In this document: piece by piece, positions 22,963 through 35,118 of the stretch
Layout: the number at the start of each line of letters is the position of its first letter
Numbering within the stretch: position 1 is the first letter of the stretch
Program-made: the position numbers and the translations under genes
Assembly (NCBI GenBank): GCA_000091205.1
Contig: AP006501.2
DNA from: Cyanidioschyzon merolae
Lineage: Eukaryota
Length of the DNA stretch: 64,000 nucleotides
Reading direction: 5' to 3' (one strand)
The notes under the pieces: generated by a model
What the model saw: only the letters and a program-made list of their open reading frames with translations
Told to the model about the DNA's origin: nothing
Databases searched by the model: none

Positions 22963-24294
22963 TTGAGATCCGCACGCGTTGCGGAGCACCATTACAATAG
23001 TTACGTCGTTATGTTTGTAGTCGTGCCTGGGAACGCCTGGCGCTTGCCCCGTCCTCGGGGCGGTTTGCACCGTCGCCCTACCTGGAGACTTTCCCTGATT
23101 CACGGGAGCGAGGACGGTCAACATGCGCTGACGAGCTCAGGTACAGCACGGAACGCCGCTTCACCGGCGACGAGCACGACCGCGACTGCAACGACGGCGC
23201 GCGTGGCAAACCGGGGCACCGCTGGCAGCGCCTCCTTCCTGGAGCCACGTTTTCAAGGCCGAACTGGTCTCATTCTGGTAAACATCGGGACACCGGCGAG
23301 TCTGAACGTTGCTGATGTGCGGCGTTACCTACGCGAGTTTCTCGGCGACGACCGGGTGGTCGACATCCGACCCAAATGGCTCAAGACGATTTTGCTGCAA
23401 GTGCTGCTCCTCACTCGACCAGCAAAGTCAGCGGAAGCTTACGCGAATATCTGGGATAAGGAGACAGGCTCGCCGCTGTTGCACTATTCTCAAGAACTTG
23501 CGACAAAGATACAAAAGCGGGTCGGCAATGGCTACGCAGTCGCTGTCGGCATGCAGTTTGGTGAACCGAACCTGGTCTCGGTGATGCACGATTTTCGTCG
23601 ACGCGGTATCGATCGAATGATTATCGTACCGATGTTCCCGCAGTACGCGAGCAGTACCACTGGGAGTGCCAGCGAGATGGCTTATCATACCGCGAGCAAA
23701 CTGTACTCTACACCGTACCTGCACATCGTGCCGGCATTCTATGACCATCCCGCCTACATACAAGCCTATGCGAACGTAATCGAACGAGTCATTGGGCCGC
23801 GAGGATCACGACGCGTAGATCACCTTCTGTTGAGTTTTCATGGTGTCCCTGAAAAACACTGTCAACAAACTGATGATACTGGTTTAGTTTGTATGCAGCA
23901 AGAGCATTGCTGCAGCGCGTTGGTGCAAGCGAATCGCAACTGCTATCGGGCGCAGTGTTTCGCTACTGCCCGCGCTCTAGCACAGACGCTGGGCTTGGCA
24001 CCTCACGAGTACTCGGTGTCGTTCCAGAGTCGCTTGACTGCTGCTGGACCAGAGTGGATTAAGCCGTATACCGATGAAGTGTTGACGATATTGCCGAAAC
24101 AGGGTGTGCGGCGCCTTGCTGTCGCCATTCCGTCTTTCGTTACAGACTGTCTGGAGACGCTCGAGGAAATCGGGATGCAAGGGCGAGAAGAATTCCTCAA
24201 TGCGGGCGGGGAAGAATTTTACCTGGTGCCGTGTCTGAATGATTCCCAAGAATGGGCCGATGCCTTGCTGCGTATTATCGAGGACTCGTGTTGA
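22963..24294 (+). CDS. hemH: Ferrochelatase (protoheme ferro-lyase) with N-terminal organelle-targeting extension
   Basis: 'LILVNIGTPASLNVADVRRYLREFLGDDRVVDI...AEAYANIWDKETGSPLLHYSQ...MIIVPMFPQYASSTTGS...LLSFHGVPEKHC'. The track start is TTG; the first ATG is 23011. About 90 aa of Ser/Thr/Ala/Arg-rich presequence precede the catalytic core. Confidence 0.85.
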   Translation: MRSARVAEHHYNSYVVMFVVVPGNAWRLPRPRGGLHRRPTWRLSLIHGSEDGQHALTSSGTARNAASPATSTTATATTARVANRGTAGSASFLEPRFQGRTGLILVNIGTPASLNVADVRRYLREFLGDDRVVDIRPKWLKTILLQVLLLTRPAKSAEAYANIWDKETGSPLLHYSQELATKIQKRVGNGYAVAVGMQFGEPNLVSVMHDFRRRGIDRMIIVPMFPQYASSTTGSASEMAYHTASKLYSTPYLHIVPAFYDHPAYIQAYANVIERVIGPRGSRRVDHLLLSFHGVPEKHCQQTDDTGLVCMQQEHCCSALVQANRNCYRAQCFATARALAQTLGLAPHEYSVSFQSRLTAAGPEWIKPYTDEVLTILPKQGVRRLAVAIPSFVTDCLETLEEIGMQGREEFLNAGGEEFYLVPCLNDSQEWADALLRIIEDSC

Positions 24295-24520
24295 GCGCGC
24301 AGCCTCTGTGTCTGCGCTGCTGTAGAAGCGCACATACCCGGCTTCGATGTATATGGTAGGCGCTGCGCTCATAAACGTGCCTCGGGGATTCAGAGTCCGT
24401 AGCGATCTATGGTATCGGACGTTTCGTTTATGAACCAGACACCTTGTAGCGCTATTGTAAACGTGCCGAGTGCCTGGTCGGCTTGATGCAAGTTCCCGAC
24501 TGTCTCGCGTTGGCGTCTCT

Positions 24521-27500
24521 TCAAGCCGGGCGCGAAGGCTCCTCATCGTTGTTTTCCGCGCCTCCGAAACAGCAGACACCGCATATGCTGCGAAACCATG
24601 AAGCGCTGCGCCCTCCGCCACGGTTATTCCACTGTCCGCGACGTTGCACTCGTGCCTGACGTCCAGAACGACGCAGTCCGGTACGCTCGGATGCAGCAGG
24701 GGCCCCTGCATCACTCGTTTCGGTGGATGAGCGGGCATCCGCGAGCGCTGCTTCCAACTCCGGATCGACGGGGAGGCGCTCCAGTCGACAAGCCGCGTCT
24801 CGATCATCCAATGCTTGGAGCGCTTGCATGTAAGTGGTCGGCACCAGCATGCCACTGCCGCCAAGAATGATATCCTGACCGGTTCGACTCATCACTTGTG
24901 CCGCGGACCGTGCTTCACTGTAGCTGATGCCGCCAGCGACAAACACAACGAGTCGCGGGGTGCGCTCCACGTAGTCGTCAGCAGCACCAGCAGCAGCAGC
25001 TGCAGCAGCAGCAGCTGGTGACCCGCTGGCACCGCCTCCTGCCGTCTCCACTTTCAGGGGCGACGACTGTGCACGCTGCACACTGGCAGCGTCCGTGGTG
25101 CTCAACGCACGTTGGCTTCCACGTCGACGTGCTCCAGCAGGCGTCGAAAAGGTTGCTCCTGGTGACCTATGCGCGTCGACAGTTGCCCCTGCGCTGGATC
25201 CGGTGCTCATGGACTTGGTACGCTGGATGCGCTGTGTAGCAGACTTCCCCGGTCGTCGATTCGACCCAGCAACAAACGAACTCGGCTGCTTTGGCGTCGT
25301 GTGCTCGTCGCTTTCGGTGCCAGTGTCGCTTTCAGTGCTCGATGCATTCGCGCCTGCTGATGTGCGTCCATCCGAGGCATTCACCTGGTGATCAGAGACC
25401 AAGGGCCATTCCGAAGCTCGCAAACGTCCATCCGCAAAGTCCTGCATGACGGATCGGAAGGCAGGCACATAGCGGCTGAGGGTGTACGGGACGTCTGCCT
25501 GTTGCATGCGCATTCGGTGCAGCTTGCGCTCTCGGCGCCGCCATTGACGCCGTTTCCACCAGTTCTTCGGTGCGTACTCATTGACGGGTGCACGGAAACT
25601 GACCAATGTCTTCGCTCCGTTCAGGAGGTGCTCAACGGACCCAGACGAAACCCTCGCGCGCTGCATCATCATGCGCTCATCGAAGAGCGCTGCGGATTCA
25701 CACTGACCGGTATACTTTGCGAGCATGGCGATCAGCACGAGACGCACACGCTCGGAATCCGGTAAAGCGATCGCTTGAGGTGCCTTTGAGGCATCCGCCT
25801 TGTCTCTGGTGCTCGAGGGTCTCTCGGTGCGCTGGATGTCGGGAAACAGGCGAAGGAGCGCCTGCTCGAGGGCTTCGCGGCGCACCCGGTGCCCTTCCAG
25901 ATCACGACCACAGGCAAGATCCTGTTCGAGACTCGCCACCTCTTCGAGATGACGTTCGTGAAACGCCCGCATGCACTGGCCTGCCAAGTACGTGTGCAGC
26001 GAGAATGCGCTCAGCTGTTCTCTGTACTGTGGGAGCGCACGAATCGCCGCACCGAGCTGCTTCAAGTTAATCTGCTGCGTACCGGGGCTACTGGCGCTAG
26101 TCTTATCGAGGCCATCAGTGCCGCCGCTGTTCGCGTTGCCATCAGCGTCATCTTTTCGGGCCTTGGTCATTTGCAGGCGAGCAGCTGGATTCGTGTCCAG
26201 AAACCTCTGAAACGCACTCGTCAGCGCTGGTATCGCGTCCGCCATGTGCAGATAGCGAATCGATCGGAAGAGTGCGTCATTCTCGACGTCGTCGATGACC
26301 ACCTCTCGCGACTGTTCACGGCCGCTGCTGTCGAAGAACGGGTGCCGTAGACGTGCACCACCAGCATGCGACCGATCGATTTCGTCAGCAAGAATATCCA
26401 TAACCATCGCCTGGTAAGTGAATTCATGAATCACCGGAGCCAGCGGATCATACGAGCGATCTGCGATCAGCAGTGTCCACGGTACTGGTGTTCGACTCGC
26501 TTCCGCTGCGCCTCCACCGGGCAGCATGCGACGAGCTTGGGAGCGTTGCGTACGCAGCGATACCTGCTTGTTCAGATCAGCGCTATGGGGTAACGCTCGG
26601 GCCCGAGCGTGCGTTGCCAGTGCTCGCTCAAGCTGGTGCGCCATCCACTTGGAAAGCGGCGCGTCTACCGCGAAACGAATCAGCGGCCGTGCTCCAATGG
26701 TGCAACACAGCGAGACCAGTTGCTCGACCTGGGTTTGCATCTCATTCACCATGCTGCCCTGGTCGGGGCAGTAGAGACGGTGCAGGGCCCCAAACGGACG
26801 ATCAAGGCTGAAGTAGCGTTCGTCTAGTGCCAGAAAATCGAGGTCCAGATCCACGCTCGCTACTACACGATCCCTGATGCTCTCCGGGAACACGTACTGA
26901 AGCGACGAGGCACCTGCCTCTGGAGCCAACGGGCGACCCAGTCCAGGCAACTGGGCTGCCAGCGACGAAGCATCTCGCGTGAAGTAGACGTGAATCGCGG
27001 CGTATTCATTTCGAGAAGGTTTCGATAAATAGGTGAAGGACTCAACGACAGGTCGCAGAATATAAATGGCATGCATTCTGGGAAATTTCTCTCGCGGTAA
27101 TTCGAGACGCTCGACAAGCGCGACACCCTCGTTGAGCAGATCCGATAAGCGCATTGCAGCGGATACAATACGTAGGGCATAGCGATCAAGGACCAGAAGC
27201 ATCCACTCGCGTTGTGCATCGACCGGTTGAGGGTGCTCCGTCGAGCGTACCCCAGTCCGAGCCCGTTCGATTTCGCGAAGGCGTTTCAGGCTAGCCTGAA
27301 TGACCAGGCGATGGAAACGCTCTCGCACAAGACTACGGATACCGGGTTGCAGGACGCTATCGTCGTCGACGGGGCCAAGGTCGAACACCGGCGACGATAC
27401 CGCCGGCACTTGAACATCGATCGGCATCCTGGGGTTGACGTCGCCCCTAGATGACGTTGATGCAGAGATAATGCAGTGCTGGGGGGTAGTCGCACCAGAG

Positions 27501-27637
27501 CTTTCCGAAATATGGCAAGCCGCTCCGGGGATACGCTCGACACGGGACTCGTATGGTAAAACGAGCCGCGCGAGGCTCCCGAGGTCCTCGATCAAGTCCC
27601 TCGCGGATGTACGATGAACACAAAGTGACTCGTGCAC
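24521..27637 (-). CDS. Sec1/Munc18-family SNARE-binding protein (subfamily undetermined) with a long internal low-complexity insertion
   Basis: N-terminal 'REWMLLVLDRYALRIVSAAMRLSDLLNEGVALVERLELPREKFPRMHAIYILRP' and C-terminal 'VVFVAGGISYSEARSAAQVMSRTGQDIILGGSGMLVPTTYMQALQAL' are classic Sec1 blocks. The track start is GTG; the first ATG is at 27427 ('MPIDVQVP...'). There is a Ser/Ala/Gly-rich insert of about 250 aa with a poly-Ala tract. Confidence 0.8.
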   Translation of the reverse strand: MHESLCVHRTSARDLIEDLGSLARLVLPYESRVERIPGAACHISESSGATTPQHCIISASTSSRGDVNPRMPIDVQVPAVSSPVFDLGPVDDDSVLQPGIRSLVRERFHRLVIQASLKRLREIERARTGVRSTEHPQPVDAQREWMLLVLDRYALRIVSAAMRLSDLLNEGVALVERLELPREKFPRMHAIYILRPVVESFTYLSKPSRNEYAAIHVYFTRDASSLAAQLPGLGRPLAPEAGASSLQYVFPESIRDRVVASVDLDLDFLALDERYFSLDRPFGALHRLYCPDQGSMVNEMQTQVEQLVSLCCTIGARPLIRFAVDAPLSKWMAHQLERALATHARARALPHSADLNKQVSLRTQRSQARRMLPGGGAAEASRTPVPWTLLIADRSYDPLAPVIHEFTYQAMVMDILADEIDRSHAGGARLRHPFFDSSGREQSREVVIDDVENDALFRSIRYLHMADAIPALTSAFQRFLDTNPAARLQMTKARKDDADGNANSGGTDGLDKTSASSPGTQQINLKQLGAAIRALPQYREQLSAFSLHTYLAGQCMRAFHERHLEEVASLEQDLACGRDLEGHRVRREALEQALLRLFPDIQRTERPSSTRDKADASKAPQAIALPDSERVRLVLIAMLAKYTGQCESAALFDERMMMQRARVSSGSVEHLLNGAKTLVSFRAPVNEYAPKNWWKRRQWRRRERKLHRMRMQQADVPYTLSRYVPAFRSVMQDFADGRLRASEWPLVSDHQVNASDGRTSAGANASSTESDTGTESDEHTTPKQPSSFVAGSNRRPGKSATQRIQRTKSMSTGSSAGATVDAHRSPGATFSTPAGARRRGSQRALSTTDAASVQRAQSSPLKVETAGGGASGSPAAAAAAAAAGAADDYVERTPRLVVFVAGGISYSEARSAAQVMSRTGQDIILGGSGMLVPTTYMQALQALDDRDAACRLERLPVDPELEAALADARSSTETSDAGAPAASERTGLRRSGRQARVQRRGQWNNRGGGRSASWFRSICGVCCFGGAENNDEEPSRPA

Positions 27638-28776
27638 TCACTGACAGACGAACTCAGTGAATCTCGGTTTGAATGCCTGTCTGCCTCACGAGTAGCTACA
27701 CTGCGCGTTTCGCTCGGAAGCGAGCTTCGGAGTGAAAGATACCCGCAGCGGCGCCTTTCCCGTGAAAATCCCTCTCGAGCCCGCTTCCAGCGAGCACGCT
27801 CAGAACCTGCGTTAGCCGCCAGGTCGTGCAAGGCCGCCGTTTCAACGAGCCCGTCAACTACCCAGACCTATCAGGGAAGTCAGCGTTGACGCCTAAAGGC
27901 CGCTGTCGCGTCAAACTGCTCACAAGTGCAATGTCGCGATCGCTCCCCTACAAGAGCGGTCGCCAAAAAATAAATATTCTGCAAGTGCCAGAGACTGCCA
28001 AGGAAAACGTTGAAAACTGCTGACCCGACGTGTCAGTGCTCGCACAAGACGTGCACCTACGGTTACCGTTTCGTGCAGCCAAGGACCTATCACAGGCGTC
28101 TCCAACTGCGTCACGGAAATAGCTACGTTCCGGACACCAGCGCTTCCGTATGGCCTTGGCGAATCTGCACTAGACACCGAGCGCCAAAGCTCGTATGGAC
28201 TCGCGGCAAACGTGGATGTACGCTCCCTCGATTGCGGTGTCCAGTGAAGAAGCCTAGTGCGACACCAGCGCCGCGCTGCTCAGTTCTCGTCGTCAGAGGC
28301 GTTGCAGACACCCCTGCGTCGCCCGTTCTCGAAGCACAACTTGGACCCAGAACGCCGGTTTCACCGGTCCGCAGAAGCCACCGTCTAACCGTGCAGTACG
28401 GAATCACACCAAACACGTTCAGAAGCGTGTTCACGAAGGCTTGGTTCGCGTCCTCTGCGATAACGCGTTTATCGCGAAGAAGAAGCGGAACCTGCGCTAA
28501 CGATGATACTCGTCGATGCGTTACGCGGCTCGAGATACGGCTGGCATCCACGGGCGCAACGACAAGCCTCTTTACCTGGAAAAGTTTGTTGTGGAATGTC
28601 GGCGACGGTTTCCTCTTAAAACAAAGTGCTTGTTTCCTAGAGACTGCTGTCCGTCATTCGGGAGCGTGAGCTAGGCGTTACGTACCGCATACTCGCCAAG
28701 CACGAGTGTCGCTTGCTCGAACAGACACCGCTGGGCAGCGTCACGCTTCGTTGAACGGTCGGAAAAGCGGGCCCCT

Positions 28777-30399
28777 GTGAGACCAGCACCCGATTCACAC
28801 ACGTGCCCAGTGGGTCACGCTGGTGTGGCTATGGAGCATGCGAACAAGTCAGGCGTTCAGCGCTGGAAAGCGTTACCTCCGGCGGCTGACTCGGTTCTGG
28901 AGTGCATCGGGGGTACGCCGCTCGTACGGCTCTCGCGAGTTGAACGTGCGCTCGATGTTGCATGTAAGTTGTACGGCAAGTGTGAGTTCTTGAACGCTGG
29001 TGGAAGCGTGAAAGATCGCATCGCGGTCCGCATGCTTCTCGAAGCGGAACGACAGGGGCGAATCAAACCCGGTGACACGTTGATCGAGCCCACGAGTGGC
29101 AATACTGGCATCGGAATCGCCCTTGTTGCAGCTGTTCGGGGTTATCGCTGCATCATTACCATGCCAGAGAAGATGAGCGAGGAGAAGGTGAACATTCTCA
29201 AGCTTTTGGGCGCTGAAATCGTTCGCACACCCACTGAGGCAGCCTTCGACTCGCCCGATAGCCACATTTCAGTGGCGCGCAGGCTCACCGCTGAGATACC
29301 CAACTCTTTTATCCTGGACCAGTATCAGAACCCGGAGAATGTCTTGGCACATTATCACGGGACAGCTGCTGAAATTCTAGAGCAAGTTCCGGAAGGCCGA
29401 GTCGACGTGTTTGTGGCGGGTGCCGGCACCGGAGGCACCATCACCGGGTGCGCTCGTCGCTTCAAGGAGCAAGCGCCCGCCACCAAAATCGTTGGTGTAG
29501 ATCCAGAGGGTTCCATCCTTGCCCAGCCGGAGGCACTGAATGCAAAAGGTGTCCATTCGTATGCGGTTGAAGGCATAGGATACGATTTCGTTCCGGGAGT
29601 TTTGGATCGCTCGCTGGTGGACCTCTGGGTGAAGACCAGTGATCGCGAGTCCTTCTGTGCTGCACGTCAACTGATAGCGCTCGAGGGGCTTCTGGTCGGT
29701 GGCTCAAGTGGAGCAGCACTCGTTGGGGCGTTACGCGCCCTCGACCAGTTAGACCTACGCCAACGCACTGATGTCGTGGTTGTGCTCATCCTGCCCGACA
29801 GTTGCCGTAACTATATGAGCAAATTCGTTTCAGATTCGTGGATGATGAAGCATGGATTTCTCGATGACGTGACGCCGCGAGAGCTTTGGGAAGCGTATCC
29901 GGTCTCTCGTTTGCCGCTGCAGGTCCCGGTCACCGTTTTGCCGTCGGTCAGCTGTGGAGACGCGGTCAAAGTGCTCGCTGAGAACGGCGTCGATCAGTTG
30001 CCCGTGGTGGCTGAAGGGGAGATTCTCGGTGTTGTGACGGAGGGCAACCTCATGGCGCAGCTTGTTTCAAAGCGCGTATCGCCGAACGATCCGGTTTCCA
30101 AGGTCATGTTTCGACAGTATGCGAGCATCACGCCGTCCACAACGTTGGGCGAACTCTCACGCCTTTTCAAATTCGATCATTTTGCGATTGTCTCAGCAGC
30201 GCAGCGGGAGTATCGAAATAACGGGGAATGTGTCCTGAAAAAGATCGTGCTAAGCGTCTGCACACCGATTGACCTGCTGAGCTTCCTCGTCAAGGCCGGA
30301 TTTGAGCCTCCGGAGGCAGCGTCGTCGCAGTCACCAGTACCGTTGCGAACCCGTCGGCAGCATGAATCGAATCACGTCGATGCTTGCCTGAACGCGTAA
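28777..30399 (+). CDS. CBS: Cystathionine beta-synthase (PLP-dependent, fold-type II, with C-terminal CBS-pair regulatory domain)
   Basis: 'LECIGGTPLVRL...KCEFLNAGGSVKDRIAVRMLLEAERQGRIKPGDTLIEPTSGNTGIGIALVAAVRGYRCIITMPEKMSEEK', plus glycine-rich 'FVAGAGTGGTITG'. The C-terminal 150 aa carry tandem CBS motifs. The first ATG is 28831 (MEHANK...); the track start is GTG. Confidence 0.85.
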   Translation: MRPAPDSHTCPVGHAGVAMEHANKSGVQRWKALPPAADSVLECIGGTPLVRLSRVERALDVACKLYGKCEFLNAGGSVKDRIAVRMLLEAERQGRIKPGDTLIEPTSGNTGIGIALVAAVRGYRCIITMPEKMSEEKVNILKLLGAEIVRTPTEAAFDSPDSHISVARRLTAEIPNSFILDQYQNPENVLAHYHGTAAEILEQVPEGRVDVFVAGAGTGGTITGCARRFKEQAPATKIVGVDPEGSILAQPEALNAKGVHSYAVEGIGYDFVPGVLDRSLVDLWVKTSDRESFCAARQLIALEGLLVGGSSGAALVGALRALDQLDLRQRTDVVVVLILPDSCRNYMSKFVSDSWMMKHGFLDDVTPRELWEAYPVSRLPLQVPVTVLPSVSCGDAVKVLAENGVDQLPVVAEGEILGVVTEGNLMAQLVSKRVSPNDPVSKVMFRQYASITPSTTLGELSRLFKFDHFAIVSAAQREYRNNGECVLKKIVLSVCTPIDLLSFLVKAGFEPPEAASSQSPVPLRTRRQHESNHVDACLNA

Positions 30400-32949
30400 G
30401 GTCCGCAAACGTGTCGACGGACGCCCGTAGGACTGCTCAGAGAGGCCATTCCACACGTCTTTTTCAAACTGATGGGTACACGTTTGCGTTGCAATGCGGT
30501 ATCGCCGTCGGTCGAGTGATTCCTCAACCGCTCCGCATCGCTGCAGCGAGAGCTTCTCTTCGTGATGATATGTACGAACAGCGGGTCGCTCAATGAGCCA
30601 ACATCATTACCGGCTGGAAAGGATTTTGCTTTCTCTGACGGGAAGCAGTGGATTGGCTGCTTCTGGGGCTATCGTCTGTGACGACGACGTGCTGATGCAC
30701 GTTTCCAGAGAGCGGTACTGATCTCGAAACATGTCCGAATGGGCAGAACCGGTGCATGCTCCGGGAACAACGCGACTTTATGGTGCGACCTGGCCAAGTC
30801 GCTGCACATTCGGTGCTCTGAAAGAGCAGCACAGGCACAGCATTCGCTCTGGTCAAAACGCGATGCACCTTGTACGCATGGACGAGGTCTGCCAAGGAGA
30901 ACGCGATGCGGTTGCGCTGTCTATGATGAACTGGCAAGAGCCGCCAGATGAGAGCCGATGCCGCGGGTGTGTTTCATGGCCATCGTGGCCCCGTGCGCCA
31001 GCTGCAGCGATGTACCCAGCACCGCAGCATGTGCCTGCAGGGTCCGGCTCGCAGAGTCGATCAGAACTGAATATGAGACGCGCGTCGTGGTCTAAAGCTC
31101 GTCGACACTAGGAGCATCTGCACGGGCGCTGTGGTGCCTCCACTGGTTACGGGCTTTTGTCAAGGATGTATGCAGGAGTTCCTGGTGTCAATCCATCGAA
31201 TCTCTGTAGTAAATAACGCACTGTCATGCGATATTTGCACGCGACAGAGACATTCATCTGCAGGCAGAACGATCGGCATCGTTGTTCTTGTACTTGCATT
31301 GACCGTGGATGCCACTGGACGCTTTCCTGTGCAGCGTTGCGAAGCAAAAAGTGTCGCGTCGACGACAGCTGTGCGTTTGCAAGTACAGCGCTCGTTATGC
31401 ATGCTCATTTTCTACGAATAGTGTGTGTTGAACCCCATGTGCTCTGGGCATATCGGGCATGATGCTGTGTCGACTACCACGCAGGAATATTCTTGGCGTG
31501 TCGCAGGTGCTGGGAATCCCGCCTAGTGTTTCTCTCGGATGACGTTGGGAGATTGACGTCGACGCCCAGGTCAACGAATCCTGACAGCTGATGAGCACGC
31601 CTGGGCCGCACCATAGAAATGTATGTGTAGGCGCAGGCTCTGGTGCCGTGCGGAATGGAGGAAGCGATGCGCTCCTCTCACAGATCATCGGCAGCGGAGC
31701 GTTCGTCGACCTTATTCGGACTGGAGTGATGAAGGGAGAGCGGCTGTGAGCAGTGCTCACATCTACGGGCTCTCACGGAGTGTTTCACTTGAAGCATGGA
31801 TCGTTTCAACGGCCGTGTACGTGCTGCCTTGACAGATGCTGTGCATCGCTACCGTACGATGTGCCAGAAAATCCGGATGATGAGGACCAGGGACAAACTC
31901 GCGCGTGGACGCTCCGCAGAGGAGGCAATCGCGTTTGAAGAAAAAGGGATGGCGATGATGCACTTGAATCGGAGTTTTGTCTGCTGGAAAATACAGCGTA
32001 TGGGACGTGTGATATCAGCGGTCTCGAGTCACGGAAAAGTGAGAGCGGAAAGGCAGCCTCCGTAGGAGCCGTGCTCTCTCGATCGGGGAACACCCAACTT
32101 GTCCGTCTTCAGTTTCGGGCTCCGACTCGATGGGGTACAAGAGGGCATCACACGCCAAAGCAACGAAGCATGCGCTGCGTTCAGCCGTAGCCGCAGGTTC
32201 CGCTCCTGCCCCGTTCACGTTTCACCGCTTCTGACGACGCTTATAAAGTCACGGGGGTGGTATCGAGCTGTGTTCTGCATATAATTTTCAAGACAAGGCG
32301 CCCGATTCCAAGTGCTCGGTGTCCAGACACCCGCCATATGAGTCAACGTGCATGCTGGTCGATGTCATCATCGGATATGTGCTCAATGAACTTTCCTATT
32401 TAGGTAGCTCGCAAACTCGACGGACGCAGCCCTTCATGCATTCAGAGTATACGCAATCCCAAGCGCCCATCCCTTCTGTAAGGACCAAGTTTACGGCGAG
32501 GACGCCAAAACGTTGCAGGAAATGCACGTGAACGGCTCCCGGTATAGGTGTGTACTGGACTCGTTGGAACGGAGCCGCTCGAACTGCCACATATCGTCTG
32601 CGAAAGTGAAACCGAAACACCGACTAGGTATGAGTCAGCGATATCTGAGGCGGCTTTGACACACGTAAGCCGCCTACGCAGCGCACGTCGCACTGTTGTG
32701 TTCGGGATGAAACTTCCCCAGCTGGGCTGGGTGGCACTCAGAGAGCCACCCAGTCTCGTTTACGCTATGAATATAGAATTGGTATCGGCGGGATCCGTAT
32801 TCGTGCCTTCTAGAAGAGGCTGCGAAGCGGGTACGGCACCGGCGCAGGAATGGAGCGCATGCTTTTCCGCATATCGCGGAATAAAGCGAAACGGGTCCAT
32901 TTTGCACACGCAGGCTGAACGATAGTCTTTCAAGTGAATCTCGTTTCAT

Positions 32950-34300
32950 TCCCAGTTGCTGTGTATATTCGGCGGTCGAAACAAATATGAAATGAACACC
33001 ATGGATCGTTGACGAATTGCCTGAAGGATATCTACACATCTTTACTGAACAATGCAAAGAGGGCTGCATTCCTCCTTCGGATTCGTCACACCACAGTACT
33101 CTGATGGTTGACGAGCACAGAAAGAAACAAGTAGATGCGCTGCATGCCAAAACCCGGTATTCACAAAGACTGTTTGCGGTCAATGGGAGACAACGACCTG
33201 TTGTTCACCTTACGGGAGATGAAAGCGACAATAGTAGCCACCATGGGCGTCTCTGTTTCTCGACAGCTCATTCGTATGGTCTCGAAAACACTGGGATACA
33301 ATCGCAAAAAAAGAGTCCTTGTTCAACCACGGCCATTTTCCACCGAAATCGCAACCACAACAAAGATCCTGAAAAGTCACTACCGGTATGAAGCAGAGGG
33401 ACGTGGGTTTGTTTTTTTTCCAGTCGGTGAAACTTCCTTCGGACGAAACGATCGGTGCGTATATGGGTATTCAGGGGCGATGGGCGCCCGGTCTACGTAC
33501 GATCGAAGTCGAAGAGAACGAGGATAACATCGTCTGCTCTAGCTGCAATGGATTCATTTGGTGGCCACAGTTTCGTTCGCAGAGAAGCCACATACCATAG
33601 CACCCTTTTCGTCGATTCATTGAAGACTGTTCTTCGACGCCTCACGGGGTCCTTCTATTAAGCAACCTAGTGTTTGACCATTCCAGTGGCGTTCCAGCTT
33701 TTGCGGATTCTATCTGGTAATATAGCTGCTTTTCATTTCTCCGCACACTCTGTGGTTCATGCCCATCGAAGCACCGTAAGCTGTCTTATAACGTAATGAT
33801 CGCTCCACTGGGCGAATCACTGATGCGTTTAGTACACGGTAACACTCCGAGGCACGTGCTGTCTTTGTTTCGCAAACCCTTCTCCTTCCGGGAAGGTCCT
33901 CGTCCAAGGGCATAGAGAACTGCGTTTATTTCGAAGAAATAAGAAACCTGAGGGGCGAGCTGAGGTGTGCGCACTTTACCAGGTCGCGTTTGAGAAACCC
34001 CAGCGCAGCGCTTTGGCGATAGAAACGCACGCGGAGCTGGCGGAGCACCAAATGGCACAGAGGGCACGCGTTCGAGGACTCCCTGCATTGGTGACTTCAA
34101 CCAGTGGTAATACATGGAAGGAGTTCTTGAACTGAGACTTCAACGCTGCAATTAATAGCAGAAGATATGCGATACTGAAGATGAAACCCACGGAGCTGAC
34201 GTGATCCAGCTTTGTGGAGCAGCATCTCAAGGTCGAATTGCATCAGGAGAAGTTGATGCCAGTGGTAGGTGGCCAGTCAAAAAACGCTGGGAGGCGTCTA
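32950..34300 (+). mobile_element. Mariner-like (Tc1/mariner superfamily) element, copy 2, degenerate; the transposase reading is broken into at least 3 frames on the plus strand
   Basis: N-terminus 'MVDEHRKKQ'. HTH 'ATMGVSVSRQLIRMVSKTLGY' (compare mariner 'LEVSQQAVSNRLREMGK'). DDE-N region 'RIWVFRGDGRPVYVRSKSKRTRI...DSFGGHSFV' (compare 'DEKWIFF..PKRKKSYV...KHGGGSVMV'). The C-terminal module at 33975-34300 is homologous to copies 1 and 3. Boundaries are approximate and TIRs were not resolved. Confidence 0.6.
33135..33661 (+). pseudogene. Frameshifted mariner-like transposase (HTH plus N-terminal part of the DD(E/D) domain)
   Basis: ORFs 33135-33527, 33388-33600 and 33455-33661 overlap in three frames. 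Each carries successive transposase segments, as listed for the copy 2 mobile element. Confidence 0.55.
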
Positions 34301-34365
34301 TGAGAAGGTGGATATATGTACCCTACATGGTGGTGGGGCATTATTTGTTTCACTGACTGTAGCGT

Positions 34366-35118
34366 ATTGGTCACTTTTCACTGTCATGAACGACAGGAAC
34401 TTTTGCGTGCCTCTTCTGTGACTGCTTCCTTTTCCTCGATCCCCGATCTGTGGATTTCAATACGCAGGTCTCGCTTGTCGATCCAGCTCCGCTATCAAAG
34501 AATTTGACGCCCAGAGTGAAGCTCCCGTCTATGCTTCGCTTGGCATTGTCGATCTCTGTGTATACAGCGTCGGTGCGACCCTCGAAGCGCTTGCTCGTCC
34601 GTATGGTCAAGTGTTCCCAGGGGTGTCCAGTGCACCTCCTCCTCCTCAGAGCGCCGTCCTGCCGAACGTTAACGCTTGCTATGTCGCTCGGTACATGCCC
34701 CTGACTGATACGGAACGCTGCCATCGGCGCCCGCACTCCGCTCCCGAGTCCGATGCCGTACCCTACGACCACGAGCTTGTTCTGGGCAACGCTCTCGGCG
34801 AGTGCGCTACCCGACGCACACGAGAGCGCTCACTGTCCCATTCAAAAACGTGTTTGTGGGAAGCGGTGTCGCTCATGGTGAATAAGCACCGAGCGGGAAA
34901 TCCAGGATACGGAACAAGTCGAGCGATATCGATCCGTCTCTGCGCTCTTCGAATAATACCTTGTCGCGTTTTTTTGCACTGGAAGCGAATGCTGCGATGG
35001 CTCAAGCCCAAGTCCGAGACCTTTCCTATGGAGAGAAAAGAGGCAGGGAGCGTCGAAGAGCGTGTCCTCTGACAGGTATGATGCTGCTCGGGATTGTCGA
35101 TTTATCGATTGCTACAAA
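34366..35118. repeat. Direct repeat A1 (about 753 bp), about 99% identical to 37585-38338
   Basis: Base-by-base comparison finds about 8 mismatches in 750 bp (for example ctatcaaag/ctgtcaaag, gttaacgc/gtgaacgc, gaataagc/gcataagc). Both copies give identical 153-aa (+) and 133-aa (-) ORFs apart from 2-3 substitutions. It contains 'gacaggtatg', a possible splice-donor-like site. Confidence 0.9.
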
